Assembly: GCF_006345805.1 (NCBI RefSeq)
Contig: NC_043005.1
Coordinates: 76,136,001 to 76,200,000 of the forward strand
Source of the DNA: Octopus sinensis
Lineage: Eukaryota
Reading direction: 5' to 3'
DNA: 64,000 nucleotides
The position numbers were made by a program, and so were the translations under genes. Of this stretch, positions 25,758 to 37,690 are shown piece by piece (the first letter of the stretch is position 1; each line of letters starts with the position of its first letter). Under the pieces are notes generated by a model. That model did no database searches. It had not been told where the DNA came from and saw nothing but the letters and a program-made list of their open reading frames with translations.

Positions 25758-26106
25758 CTACAAAGAAGTTTTGTCATCATATTGATATTATCGAAAGGAA
25801 TATGATTCATAATTTAAATAAGGAAATTTGTGAACTTTGAATGTATAAAGAGTATAAACAAGCGTAAAATAGTGTAAACAACTAAAATAAAATTATATCT
25901 ATTTTTTCTTAATATTCTTTATGTAGTGGTCGCAGGAAGTACCGGCTTTTGTTAGGAGTGGTCCACATAACCATTCATTATACAGAGGTTGGGAGCCTAT
26001 TTCAGTTCGGGAGTGAATCGTCATCACATGCTACTTAGTGACAAACACAAGTCATATAGCTGCAACTGAATGCTGTATTACCAACAATAATGTGATTTCT
26101 CTAAGA

Positions 26107-27870
26107 CAGCTCTTCTTAAACTTTTTTCATTCATGACCACAATTTTTATCACTAGATTTTTCGCGACTGTAGGCATTAAATATGAAATATAACATACACA
26201 TAAATACATAAATCATAAATGTTGTTGTTGAACAATATATATATATAAAGTAGTTATATTATTTCTCAAAATAAAAGTAGTTTTAGGATTTGTTTCAAGT
26301 ACAAAAATAAATCAAAGTAAAAACCAATGCGATGGATGTGATAAAACATCTACGTTTTTCAGCGTTGAACAATATTTGGTTTTAATACGGGTTAAAACTG
26401 AAAAAGTCGTTTCACATAGGTATGTGGTGCGAAATGACAAAAGAACATGTAATGCCATTTCAGAAATTGTGGGAAATTCAGCTTTAGCTCCAATCCAGAA
26501 TTCAGTCAAAGATTTTTTGTAAAATCAAGTTTCAAGTTTGAGTCACTCGATAGCTCAACGAATTCCTCTTGGGCTTTATACGGCAGATGATTAATATCAT
26601 CAATGTTTATTGAAAATGGTTTCTGAATCCAAGATAACTTTTTGAAATTAAAATAGATTTGAAGTATTTGCGAAACTGTATTTCTAGAGTATTTAAGTGG
26701 TTTATAATAATTGTTGCAATTAAATTTTTGTAATTATTCTTTTCAATTATAAAATCGTTAATAATCGGAAACATTTCGAATGAATCATTCTCCACCCTAT
26801 TCTTCCAAATGTTGATCTTTTTAATAAAACCTCTATTTTATCATTCGAAGTAAATATATCACTTTTCTTTCCTTGAAGAAACAAGTTGAGATCGTTCACT
26901 TTCTCAAAAAAAAAAACATCTGACAAATAACATAAATTTCAAAGCCATAAGTCATTTTGAAAAAGAGCAGCAAGATCAGATTTTTGTTTGGTTAAAAACA
27001 TAATAATTTCGTTTTTTAACAGCAATAACCTGTTTTAACTTCGCCATCTTGACAGCCACCTCACTTCTGTGTGTAATAATAAGTTTTTGTATTCTGAGTC
27101 CATGTCTTTACAGAGATTTGAAAATAAATGGTTGTTAAGGGCACGGCTTTTAATAAAGTTTATAATTTTGATAACAACCTGAAGCACATCGTTTAATTCC
27201 AGTGCTAATATTTTTGCTACTAGGGCCTCTCAATGGATCATGCAGTGCATAAAAGTTACGTGATTATTAGCAGCAGCTTTAACAAACGACTTAAAGCCAA
27301 TATTTCCGCCCTTCATCGCTTTTGCCCCATCTGTGCATACTCCAATACTAATACAATTTTTCCATTCCAAACCTACAGTTTTAAAAATTCGTCAACTTTA
27401 CTTTATTTGTATTTCCTTCTTGTATATTCTTCCAAATTATTCATTGAATTTTTCTTTATAAATGTATCTGAAGTATACTAACAATTGAGCCGTTTTTGAA
27501 ATATCAGCTGTTTCGTCCAACTGAATTGCAAATTTTGTGTTTTCTTTAAGAATAGTAATAAGTTGCTCAAACTGTTCGTTGCCAATTTCAGTAATTCAAC
27601 TGGCGAAAGTGTCGTTTGACAAAGGAATTTTCCGAATTTCATCAATATATTTACTTCCGTGAAGTATTTCTACCATCTTCATAGCAGCAGGTAATAAAAG
27701 TTCTTTCTCAATGGTGTATGGCTTTTTGTTTTTAACAATTAGATAAGAAACTTCGTGTGACGCTAATAAGTATTTTTCGTTTATAGTCATAAATTTCTCA
27801 TAATTTTGTTTTTCTCTAGGAGAGTATTGTAGTTCACTTGAAGCATTGTGTATTTTTTCTAAAATATAAT
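26107..27870 (-). mobile_element. Decayed hAT transposon of the Buster/Charlie (ZBED5/SCAND3-like) type, one terminus kept
   Basis: ASHEVSYLIVKNKKPYTI..LLLPAAMKMV..IPLSNDT; IQLDE; VCTDGAKAM; HCMIH; LLLHTEVRWLSR; EFPTISEMALHVLLSF.TTYLCETTFS (dimerisation domain). Terminus CAGCTCTTCTTAAACTTT is preceded by CTCTAAGA (nnnTAnnn). Confidence 0.9.
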
Positions 27871-28023
27871 GTGTCTTGAATGGCACAACAACGTACTATA
27901 ATAACAACAATGGACTATAATAACTGTTATAATTTAATTATCCATAGTCTGATATAATAATAATATTTCAGAATGCAAAAATTCCTTCTTCAGATATCGC
28001 TAGTAATTGTTCAAGTCACTGCT

Positions 28024-28176
28024 TCAATCGGTTTTCCAACGGTTACTGAAAAATTTTTTTTCCGAAAGCGTTTCTGCAATGGTCTCACGAAGCTCCTTCC
28101 AGAATTCTTCATGAGAAGTGCGTGAGGGCGGCCATGTCTGAAGCTCGTGTATGTTGGCACATCCACAGCGCTGCTT
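28024..28176 (-). CDS. Candidate terminal exon resembling a TIR-domain C-terminus (box 3)
   Basis: Acceptor tacataacttag|AAG. Reads KQRCGCANIHELQTWPPSRTSHEEFWKELRETIAETLSEKKFFSNRWKTD*. The WP-x6-E-x-FW-xx-LR-xx-I spacing equals that of TLR box 3 (TLR2 WPMDEAQREGFWVNLRAAI). Motif resemblance only. Confidence 0.4.
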   Translation of the reverse strand, partial: KQRCGCANIHELQTWPPSRTSHEEFWKELRETIAETLSEKKFFSNRWKTD

Positions 28177-28263
28177 CTAAGTTATGTATTATATACATGC
28201 AGTTTCTTTTTTTCCCCTTCTTTTCTTTTAAAATAATACATGAGTATGTTATCAAAAATGAAC

Positions 28264-28309
<46 letters not shown>

Positions 28310-28598
28310 GTATGTATGCATGTATATGTGTGTGTGTGTGTGTCTGTGTGCGCGAGCGCGTGTTGTTTGTGTGTACTTGTAGTGAAAGAGAGAAGTCTGA
28401 TGATGACTTAAACTTCGAAGTCACTGTCGATACTCTTCCTTTTGAAGAATAAATGTGTACTCTACCAAATATATTTTGTAATCCTTCAATTTGATGTAAA
28501 ATTGGTTTTATTTTAATATAAAGGTAAACATTAATACACACACAAACACTCACACATACAGACATATATATACATATGTCTCTAGCTATCTATCTATG

Positions 28599-28670
<72 letters not shown>

Positions 28671-28902
28671 CCTGTCTGTCTGTCTGTCTGCACATATAAC
28701 CCCTCCGCCCACTCACATATACACTTTCTCTATTGTCACGTTATTCATTATTATGTTTTGGTACTATAAAGTGGAAGGTAAATATCTTCCGGGCAAAAAA
28801 ATTTTGCAATTTTGTTTTGATTTGCAGGTATAGTTATTGCATTTCACCTAGACATTTATATCTCGGTACGAAACATGTAACTGTACACAGACACAGGACA
28901 TA

Positions 28903-28985
<83 letters not shown>

Positions 28986-29059
28986 GCACACACACACACA
29001 CAAACACAGACACTCACACACAGACACACACACATACATGTAAATACTATATATAAACA

Positions 29060-29572
29060 CTAGCAGTATCGCCCGGCGTTGCTCGGGTTTGTAAGGGAAA
29101 TAACTATATAAGTATTTTTAGAGAGTTACTTCCCTTATAGATGCCAATTCGGGCTTTCTTAGCCATTTCTGTTTTGGTGTCTTCAAGCCATGAAGTCGTT
29201 GTTCTAAAAGAACGCTGGTCTCCTTGACAACGCTTTACGACGTTGATTTCCTTACACTCCCTTCCCCACAGCTTCAGGAGGGAGGGAAGAAGTTTGAGAA
29301 GCAAACAGGTGCAGGTGTGACCATGGACGCCAACTCCGCCGCCATCGACACACGAAAAATTATACATTAAAATGGAATAAAAAATGATGTTAAATTATTT
29401 TTAAAATCGTAGACTCATCGTAGACGCGCGCTAATACTCAGACGGACTCGATATGAATCACGACTATAAGATACCCGAAATTGGTTAAACTGCACCGCAA
29501 AATGTGGGAGTAGTTAGGAATCTAAATCGAAGGGGACAGATACTCACACAACTACAGTTTTATATAGATAGA
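29060..29572 (-). mobile_element. Non-autonomous Helitron, apparently complete, ~513 bp
   Basis: Minus strand starts A|TCTATCTATATAAAAC and ends CCCGAGCAACGCCGGG-CGATACTG-CTAG|T. Confidence 0.85.
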
Positions 29573-29629
29573 TATGAGCGCCTATATGAATTTATATATA
29601 TGTTGATATATATATATCTATATATATAT

Positions 29630-29662
<33 letters not shown>

Positions 29663-29788
29663 GAATATATATATATATGTTGATATATATATATATATAT
29701 AATATATTACACACATATATGTATATATATATGAATATATATATGTATATATATGTATATAATACACACATATATGTATATATATATG

Positions 29789-29905
<117 letters not shown>

Positions 29906-29918
29906 TGAATCGATACGT

Positions 29919-30255
29919 GAAGGCGCATGGCTCAGTGGTTAGAGCGTCGAGCTTACGATCGTGAGGTTGTGAGCTCGAATCACGGACCGGGCTGCGTGTT
30001 GTGTTCTTGAGCAAGGCACTTTATTTCGCGTTGCTCCAGTTCACTCAGCTGTAGAAATGAGTTGCGACGTCACTGATGCCAAGCTGTATCGACCTTTGTC
30101 TTTCCCTTGGATAACACTGGTGGCGTGGAGAGGGGAGGCTGGTATGCATGGGCGACTGCTGGTCTTCCATAAACAACCTTGCCCGGATTGTGTCTAGGAG
30201 GGTAACTTTCTAGGTGCAATCCCATGGTCTGTGTCGTGACCGAAGGGGGTCTCCT
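29919..30255 (+). mobile_element. SINE family D with TSD
   Basis: GAAGGCGCATGGCTCAGTGGTTAGAGCG..GTTCTTGAGCAAGGCACTT; CGATACGT at 29911-29918 and 30263-30270. Confidence 0.85.
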
Positions 30256-30349
30256 CTCTCTCCGATACGTAAATATAGATATGTGTGTATCTATATATCT
30301 GTCTGTTGTTTATCTCTGTGTCTGTGTCTATCTGGCCATCCATCCATTC

Positions 30350-30449
30350 ACCTACCTGCCTGCCTGCCTACCTACCTACCTACCTACCAACCTACCTCCT
30401 ACCTACCTACCTACCTACCTACCTACCTACCTACCTACCTACCCACCCT

Positions 30450-30486
<37 letters not shown>
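30350..30486. repeat. (ACCT)n-(ATCT)n compound microsatellite
   Basis: Direct reading. Confidence 0.95.
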
Positions 30487-30524
30487 AAAACAAATGATAT
30501 ATATATATTATATTATATTATATA

Positions 30525-31344
30525 CTAGTAGTAGCCACTCGATACTATTTCCACATTTGATTCCCAGTTCTAATAATTTTTATGATATTTTACATCTAAT
30601 TATCTTTGTATAATAATGCTCACTTGCTTAGTAAATATTGCTTTCATTATTTTATCAGTCATAATGTCTTTTTTTAGAGTCAATCTGTTATATATATATT
30701 CCTTTGCTGCTAAATTTTCTTTTTTAGTTGCATATTATATATAAACGAAAGCTTATTAAAAACTATCTTGTTTAGCGTGCTAGAAATAGCAACGATCACA
30801 GTTATTATTATAAGGCTTATAGCGTTCCAAGTAGCCATACCAACAAAATTACTTCTTTATTTAAAAAAATTCATACCAGTATATTAAAAAATTTTCATTT
30901 TATCAAAAATATTCATTTAACAAACTCCGGAAACGGATAATATTCATGAAATTGTGTATCGTATCAAAGTTATATAGATATTATTAAATTATCATTAACG
31001 AAAATAGAGGCGAGAGAGAATGAGAGACTGTTGCAAATAAAATGTTACTTGCAACGAATTAATAGTGTTTATTATTAAACATTAAAATCTACACCGCAGT
31101 GAATGCAATGAATATTTAAATTTATGAAGAATTGAACGCAGTGAAGGCAATGAATATTTAAGTTTACGAGAATTTGGAGTTAAAATTCAATAAACTCCAG
31201 AAATCGAAATTATAGGCAATTTATTAGAATATGAATTTATAAAAATATTTCCAGACGGTCAGCTTTTAATATTGGTTTCTTTTAGTACTTTTAATAATCG
31301 TTTCAGACCTAATTAATAAACAGTTTTCTCTATTATAATATAGA
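30525..31344 (-). mobile_element. Possible old non-autonomous Helitron
   Basis: Minus strand begins A|TCTATATTATAATAGAG and CTAG|T lies at 30525-30528, but the 3' hairpin is not recognisable. Confidence 0.35.
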
Positions 31345-31559
31345 TATCACGTAAATATATATAAGTACTTTTACTTAAATAATGAACCGCGAGAGGTCCC
31401 TTATTACCTCCTTGTTTTTCTTTTTCTTTTTTCTTTTTTCTTTCTTTTCTTTATTCCTCTCTTCCTGTTTTTTCTTTTTCTTCTCTTTTTTTTCTCTTTT
31501 CTTTATTCCTCTTTTCCTGTTTTCGATTTGACCTTACAAATACATTCCCTAATTTTAGA

Positions 31560-31870
31560 TCACTTTCAATAAAATTCTCGATTCAATAGCACTATGTACA
31601 AACTCTAAACTTGGAATGACCAATTTTAGATACTATTGGATTTTACTCACAAGATATTGGAATCTTATATGTATACCATTCTGCCTAATTAATGGATCTA
31701 CAAATGCAATATCCCTGCATATCTCACATCTATTTTCATTCCTCCACTTCACTCTCTATTACGTATCTTATCTAAATTAACTATTGCTTAACTATTTTCT
31801 CACACCGTCCCCGATGAATATCCTGGAAACAGCTGTAGGCCTTCTCTTTATAGATGTTCTAGAATCTTCA
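31560..31870 (+). mobile_element. Penelope-like element 3' remnant (GIY-YIG C-terminus plus hammerhead-like relic)
   Basis: Frameshifted ILD....KILESYMYTILPN* resembles PLE ILES.YI...P.LN. It is followed by CCGATGA-ATATCCTG-GAAA-CAGCTG-TA at 31811-31837. Confidence 0.55.
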
Positions 31871-31897
31871 CAGCCTTTGTTTTTAATCGCATTCTTA

Positions 31898-31928
<31 letters not shown>

Positions 31929-32087
31929 ATATACCTAATGCTATGATGCTATGATGCTATGGTGTTTCCATTATTTTATCCAGCCCTGTATAGTAATAAT
32001 AGTAATAACAATAATAATCCTTGGATGGAATTTATAAATATTTGAATGCATCTCGACGCGCGTTTCCACAAATCACATGTTACTTAC

Positions 32088-32216
32088 GATTATAGTCCAT
32101 ATTTCTTGGATGATTACAGTACAGTCCATAGTGTTCATGGACATCGGGTGGATCATATTCATGCGTTCATTTCCCCAGGAGATATGGCATTAAGGTTGGA
32201 AGCAGCGAATGCATAA
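32088..32216 (-). other. Candidate exon-shaped island, 129 nt
   Basis: Acceptor acaaccttcag|T and strong donor ATC|gtaagt. All three frames contain a stop; frame 0 is open from an internal ATG. Confidence 0.25.
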
Positions 32217-32394
32217 CTGAAGGTTGTTTATCAATTTTGACCAGTGAAAAGGTTGATTGGGGTATGTGGTCAGTTCTGTGTGTATTTGATGGGGGAAGGG
32301 GAGGAGAAAGTACTGAAAAGAGAGAAAGGAATTGTGATTATGAAGGAAGTTACACTTATTTTGATATTTGAGTATGCAGATATCAGGATTGGTT

Positions 32395-33495
32395 TGGAAA
32401 GATGTTTGACAAGTCGCTGTCAGAGAGAAGCAATGTCACCAACATTGTGCAGCAAGCAGAGGAATGGCTGATGAGGATTGATAGATCAGGACTTCCAGGA
32501 AAGTTCAGGGCATGGTTCTACCAGCACGAATTGCTCCCAAGACTCATTTGGTTGTTGACGCTGTATGATATTCTGATGACAAGTGTGGAAAGGGTGGAGA
32601 GGAAGATAAATAAATACTTCCGAAGATGGCTAGGTGTTCCCCCAAGCTTCATTTCAATAGGTCTGTACATAAAATCGGGACTGCTACAACTTCCCCTGTC
32701 ATCTGTAGTGGAGAATTTAAAGACCAGCTGTGTAGATTTTGTGGAGAAAGGGGCACTCTGGCTCACATCTTGGCTGGGTGCAGAATAGCACTTTCTCAGG
32801 GCAGATATAAATGACATCATGATAGGGTGCTTGCAACACTTGCTCACATCCTGGAGGAGGAAGGATGCAAGAAACATCATCACCAAGGGAAGGCAACTGC
32901 AGCAATTAAGTTCGTGAAAGAGGGAGAGAGACCAGTAAAGTAAACAATACATAGCTTGCTGCAAGGATCTTAACCATGGGATATGAAGAGGACTTAGGGG
33001 AGAGACTGAAGTTTCCCCAGGTTGTCCATACAACCCTGAAGTCAGATGTGGTCCGGTGGTCTGAAAAGGCCAAGAAAATTATCGTAATTGAACTAAGTCT
33101 TGTGGGAAGAGGGGGTGTGATGAGGCCCGTGAATGGAAGCGTACCAGATATGAGAGCCTTCTGCAAGATTGCCGGGAGAAGGGATGGCAGGTATGGCTTT
33201 CCCAGTCGAGGTTGGCTGTAGGGGATTCCCCCGCCCAATCGCCAATTACAATGAGAATTAGAATTACAGGAATTAGAATGAGAGGTAAGGAGCGAAGAGT
33301 GGTTACGTGCAGGATGGGAGAAGTAGCAGAAAGAACTTCTTGTTGGGTTTGAAGCAAGAGAGAAGAGTTAAGCTGGAAGCCAGGAAGAGATGAGGAGCAG
33401 TGACTTGCCCACCCCCGCTGAGCCACCAACGAGAGGGTGTTACGGTTCAAGGTCGAAACACCCAATGAACGTTGGATACTGTCTGACGATATCAG
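32395..33495 (+). mobile_element. RLE-type non-LTR retrotransposon (Hero-like) 3' fragment, internally deleted
   Basis: IDRSGLPGKFRAWFYQHELLPRLIW...RRWLGVPPSF..IGLY..LQLP; CRFCGERGTLAHILAGCRIALSQGRY (zinc knuckle); LKSDVVRWSEKAKKIIVIEL (PD-D/ExK); GWQVWLFPVEVGCRGF. Confidence 0.85.
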
Positions 33496-33561
33496 TTCCT
33501 TTCGGCCAAGGCCACATTCACTTTGGTGAGTGGATAAAACATCTCCTTATAGGTGTATTTA

Positions 33562-33596
<35 letters not shown>

Positions 33597-33599
33597 CAC

Positions 33600-33676
<77 letters not shown>

Positions 33677-33889
33677 TATTTCTGCTGACGAAAGAAGAAT
33701 CCTTTGGATTAATTCCGAAATCAGTCCGATACAGAGATAATGAATAAAAAAAAAATCTGTTAGCTTGCTTTCCTCAATTCAACACACTGTGTATTTATAG
33801 TGACATATATTGTATGTGGTGATTGACGATTTAAAGTCTATTTCTCAGCATATTAGCATATAAATCTTTCTTTTGCCCTTATTTATAAT

Positions 33890-33950
<61 letters not shown>

Positions 33951-34008
33951 CACATACATATATACATATGTGTGTGTGTGTGTGTGTGTGCATATATATA
34001 TATGTATG

Positions 34009-34057
<49 letters not shown>

Positions 34058-35514
34058 TTGTATGAATATATAAACACTCACATATACAACACGTATACAT
34101 ATATGTATGTATGTATGTACGTTTGTGCATATATACCTTACTGACGGTTTGACACATTGATTCTTTACAATGCATTATAAAAATCATCACCTGTGACGAG
34201 TTAGTTCCCACGAGGTGTGACCTTCGTTACCATGGCAATACAAAAATTAGTGGCAAAGTTTAAGACAATTTTGTCTGTGCAGTTCTATGAACTGTTTAGG
34301 TGACCACCTATTAGCAAACCATATCTAAATCAAGTCTTTAAGTCTATTGTAGATCTTTACATTTTGTCCAGCTCTCAATGGATTCTTAAATTCATCGCCC
34401 AAATAAATATTCCTAATATTGGTACAAGGTTTGCACATTTTTGTAGAAAGAATAGCTCATCAAATCTAATTTCACTACTTGAAGGCTATTAATTTTAAGT
34501 GGAAAGAATTTTCTATTATGCCAATAATAAACACATGCATTAATTCTGTAAACCTGTAGTAGAGAGGATATGTCATTGAAGAGGTCACTAATATCGACGA
34601 AAGGGCTTTGACAAATCTGATTTTTTCTGTGATTGATTGATTGATTGATTGAATGAACGAACGATTAACCGAATAATCAATTAATTAATTGATTAAACAG
34701 TTAACCAATTGACATTTGGCAAATAAATAACAAAGAAGTGAAATAGAACCAGTGCGTGTGTATATTATTGGTATAATGACCCGCTCAAGCTACAACATAA
34801 TGTTTCACTATACAAGTTCACATCAAGACTGTCGCAAACCAATTAGGTTCCACATTTATATTTCAACGGACACTAAATTTATCAACGCCCTAAAGGTCAT
34901 TGGTGTAGCATAGAATATGCAACGTGTGAGGACCGCACAGGGCTGCAGGGCATTCTATATAGGTGTCATTGTCGTATTCAAAAATACGTCACGGTTTATG
35001 GTAGGGTTCAGTTAATTTGGTTAGTGCAAAGGGCGGTCAAACCACTAGCAACGCCACTGGTAAGGATCAGAACTGCAAACCTCAATAATATTTAGACTCA
35101 GAATGTAAAGGGTAAAGGGGGTTTATGAAATTCTCCAAGGTTCATAATGGGGCGTTCTATCGGTTCTACTGTTATAATCGAAACACCCTCAGCTATAACT
35201 CTTTCTAATTTTGGCAGAAAACCATTATTTTTAAAAAGAGGATAAGTCGATTACATTGGCCTAAATGATCAACTGGTACTTATGTTATCGATCTCGAAAA
35301 GATGTATGGCAGTGTTGCCTTAGACAAAATTTGATGCAGATTCTCTGCTCAACTCTCTCTGTCATGGTCAGTGCGACGATCACAAGCTACACACCTTCTT
35401 TCCAAGCACTGCTGTAAACAGCAGAATTCTTGAGCAACTTTTGAATCCAGAACGTAAAGAACAGGCGGAGAAATCGGTTTCAAATTTTGGCACAAGACCA
35501 GCATTTCGAGGGAG

Positions 35515-35688
35515 AAGGTACATTGATTTTATCGACCCCAGTATTCAGCTGTACTTATTTTATCGGTCCCGAAATGATGAATAGTAAAGGTGACCTTGGT
35601 GGAATTTGAACTCAGAACGTAAAGGCGGACGAAAATGCCGCTAAGCATTTTATCAGGCGTGCTAACGATTCTGCCAACTCGCTACCTT
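35515..35688 (-). mobile_element. SINE family A variant, diverged
   Basis: Reverse complement GCGAGTTGGCAGAATCGTTAGCACGCC..GAGTTCAAATTCCACC. Confidence 0.75.
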
Positions 35689-35792
35689 TACATCCTCAAT
35701 AATGAGGATTCCTTACTTAGGCAGGGGGGCCCAAATTCCCCATTATTTTATACGAATAATGCTGTTATTTTATGAAAAATACCAATATTAGA

Positions 35793-36040
35793 GAAGGCGT
35801 GTGGTTGAGTGGTTAAGGTATTCAATTCCCAATCGTAAGATCGTGAGTTCGATTTCCAGCGGAGCGTTGTGACTTTGAGCAAGACACTTTATTTCACATT
35901 GCCCTAGTCAACTCAGCTGGCATAAAAGAGTTGTACCTATATTTCTAAGGGCCAGCTTTGTTGCGTTAACTTCACGAGCATGCTGTTCCGTTGATCGGAT
36001 GAACTGGAACCCTCGTCGTCGCAACCGACGGAGTACCAGT
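35793..36040 (+). mobile_element. SINE family E, internally deleted
   Basis: GAAGGCGTGTGG..TTGAGCAAGACACTTTATTTCAC..CAACCGACGGAGTACCAG. Confidence 0.8.
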
Positions 36041-36929
36041 ATCATTGTTAGTGTTTTCTTTCATAAAAGCAATTTTCCAATATTTATAATGTTTTACTCT
36101 ATTAATAACCGTGCAGGTCAATTTAACCTAGCAAGTAGTTAAAATTCGTCAGACTGTGTATGCACGTTTGTAAGAGAGAGCGAGACAGAGAGAGAGAGAG
36201 AGAGGGGGGGGAGAAAGAGGAGGAGGAGGAGAAAGACAATGTACGTCAGCTGTTGCCTGTTTGTACTTAACTGTCTTTGTCTGTGTATTTGAGTCGACAC
36301 CTACCAGCCGTGTTCTAACTCACTCGGCTATCAAATCAACAACTGCACGCTATGCGATTGAAAAAACACTGGAAACTACATTTCGATCTACGCAGCAGCA
36401 GATGGAATTCACAATTATCAGCTTGTCTTTGTCTTTCTCTGTTTGCATGTTTCCATAAACTTTGAATTATAAACAAGTCTAAATTTAATTCCCAGTTGAT
36501 AAGGATTTTAATATTTTTTATTTTAATTTTCGTTTTTTTTTTAATTTTGCGATTTAGTTTCAATATTTATTACTAAACAATGAAATGGAGTGTTGTGGGA
36601 GCCAGCTGCTACGTAAAACCTTTTGAATCTATTATTGAATGAAAATTGTTTTATTATTTTTTTTATCTTATTTTTCAAAATTTGGCTGTGTGGTTAAAAA
36701 CTCGCTTTGCAACCGCATGGTTTTGGGTTCAATCCCACACCTAGGTAGTTTGGATAAATATCTTCTGCTACAATTCCGGGCCAACTAATGCGTTGTGTCA
36801 ATCTAGTACACGGACACTGTGGAATATATATATACTTATATAAATTTAGATATGTTTCGACCAAAGATTAATCCAGGCCATGTCTAACTTAATAGCACCA
36901 CCTGATAGTATTATCTAAATCCTGTTTAA

Positions 36930-37188
36930 GTCAAGTTTTGTTTATGGTCCATTCAAGTAGTGAGTTGTATCCAGGTATGGGTGGCTTATCCGGTATTCCT
37001 TGAAGAAATCTGTCCAGACTCCGTTTAAAGGTGATGGGATCCTTTTCCTTTTTGATTTCTTTCCGAACAATTTTAAACAGGGTAGGGCCTTTGAGGAAAA
37101 GAAATTATGCTGCAGTGTACCTATATGCTGTGATCCTGAATTGGGCAGGGACGTATGGTCCGTGGTCCCAGCCTTGGATGAACCTTGA

Positions 37189-37190
<2 letters not shown>
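36930..37190 (-). mobile_element. CR1-group LINE extreme 3' fragment
   Basis: KGPTLFKIVRKEIKKEKDPITFKRSLDRFLQGIPDKPPIPGYNSLLEW matches the CR1 ORF2 C-terminus. Confidence 0.8.
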
Positions 37191-37235
<45 letters not shown>

Positions 37236-37519
37236 ATATAATATATATATATATATGTATATATAGTTGAAATTTATAGAAAGACGAAGACAGGTGTATG
37301 AACAACAAACAAGTGTATTAGTTTGACGCTCGGGAAAATGAAAATCTCTTTTATGTTTCGAGGCTACGCTCTTCAACAGAAAGGAATGAGAGAAAATTAA
37401 AAAAAAAAACTTGTAGAGTTAGCGGTCAAGCATGGCGAATATATATATATATATAATATATATATATATATGTCACACACACAGATATATACATACACAC
37501 ACATATATGTATGTCTTCA

Positions 37520-37690
37520 TGTTTGTTTCCCACCGTTTGATCACCGGTTTTTACTTGTTTACGCTCCCTAACTGACTGAATAAGTATCAGGCTTTAAAAA
37601 TAAGTCCTGGGATCGATTTGTTCGACTAAATCCTTCAAGGCGATGCCCCTGCACGGCCTCAGTTCAATGATTGAAACAAGTAAAAGATAA
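37520..37690 (+). mobile_element. SINE family B 3' fragment, diverged
   Basis: AATAAGTCCTGGGATCGATTTGTTCGACTAAA..AAGGCGATGCCCC..ATTGAAACAAGTAAAAG. Confidence 0.7.
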
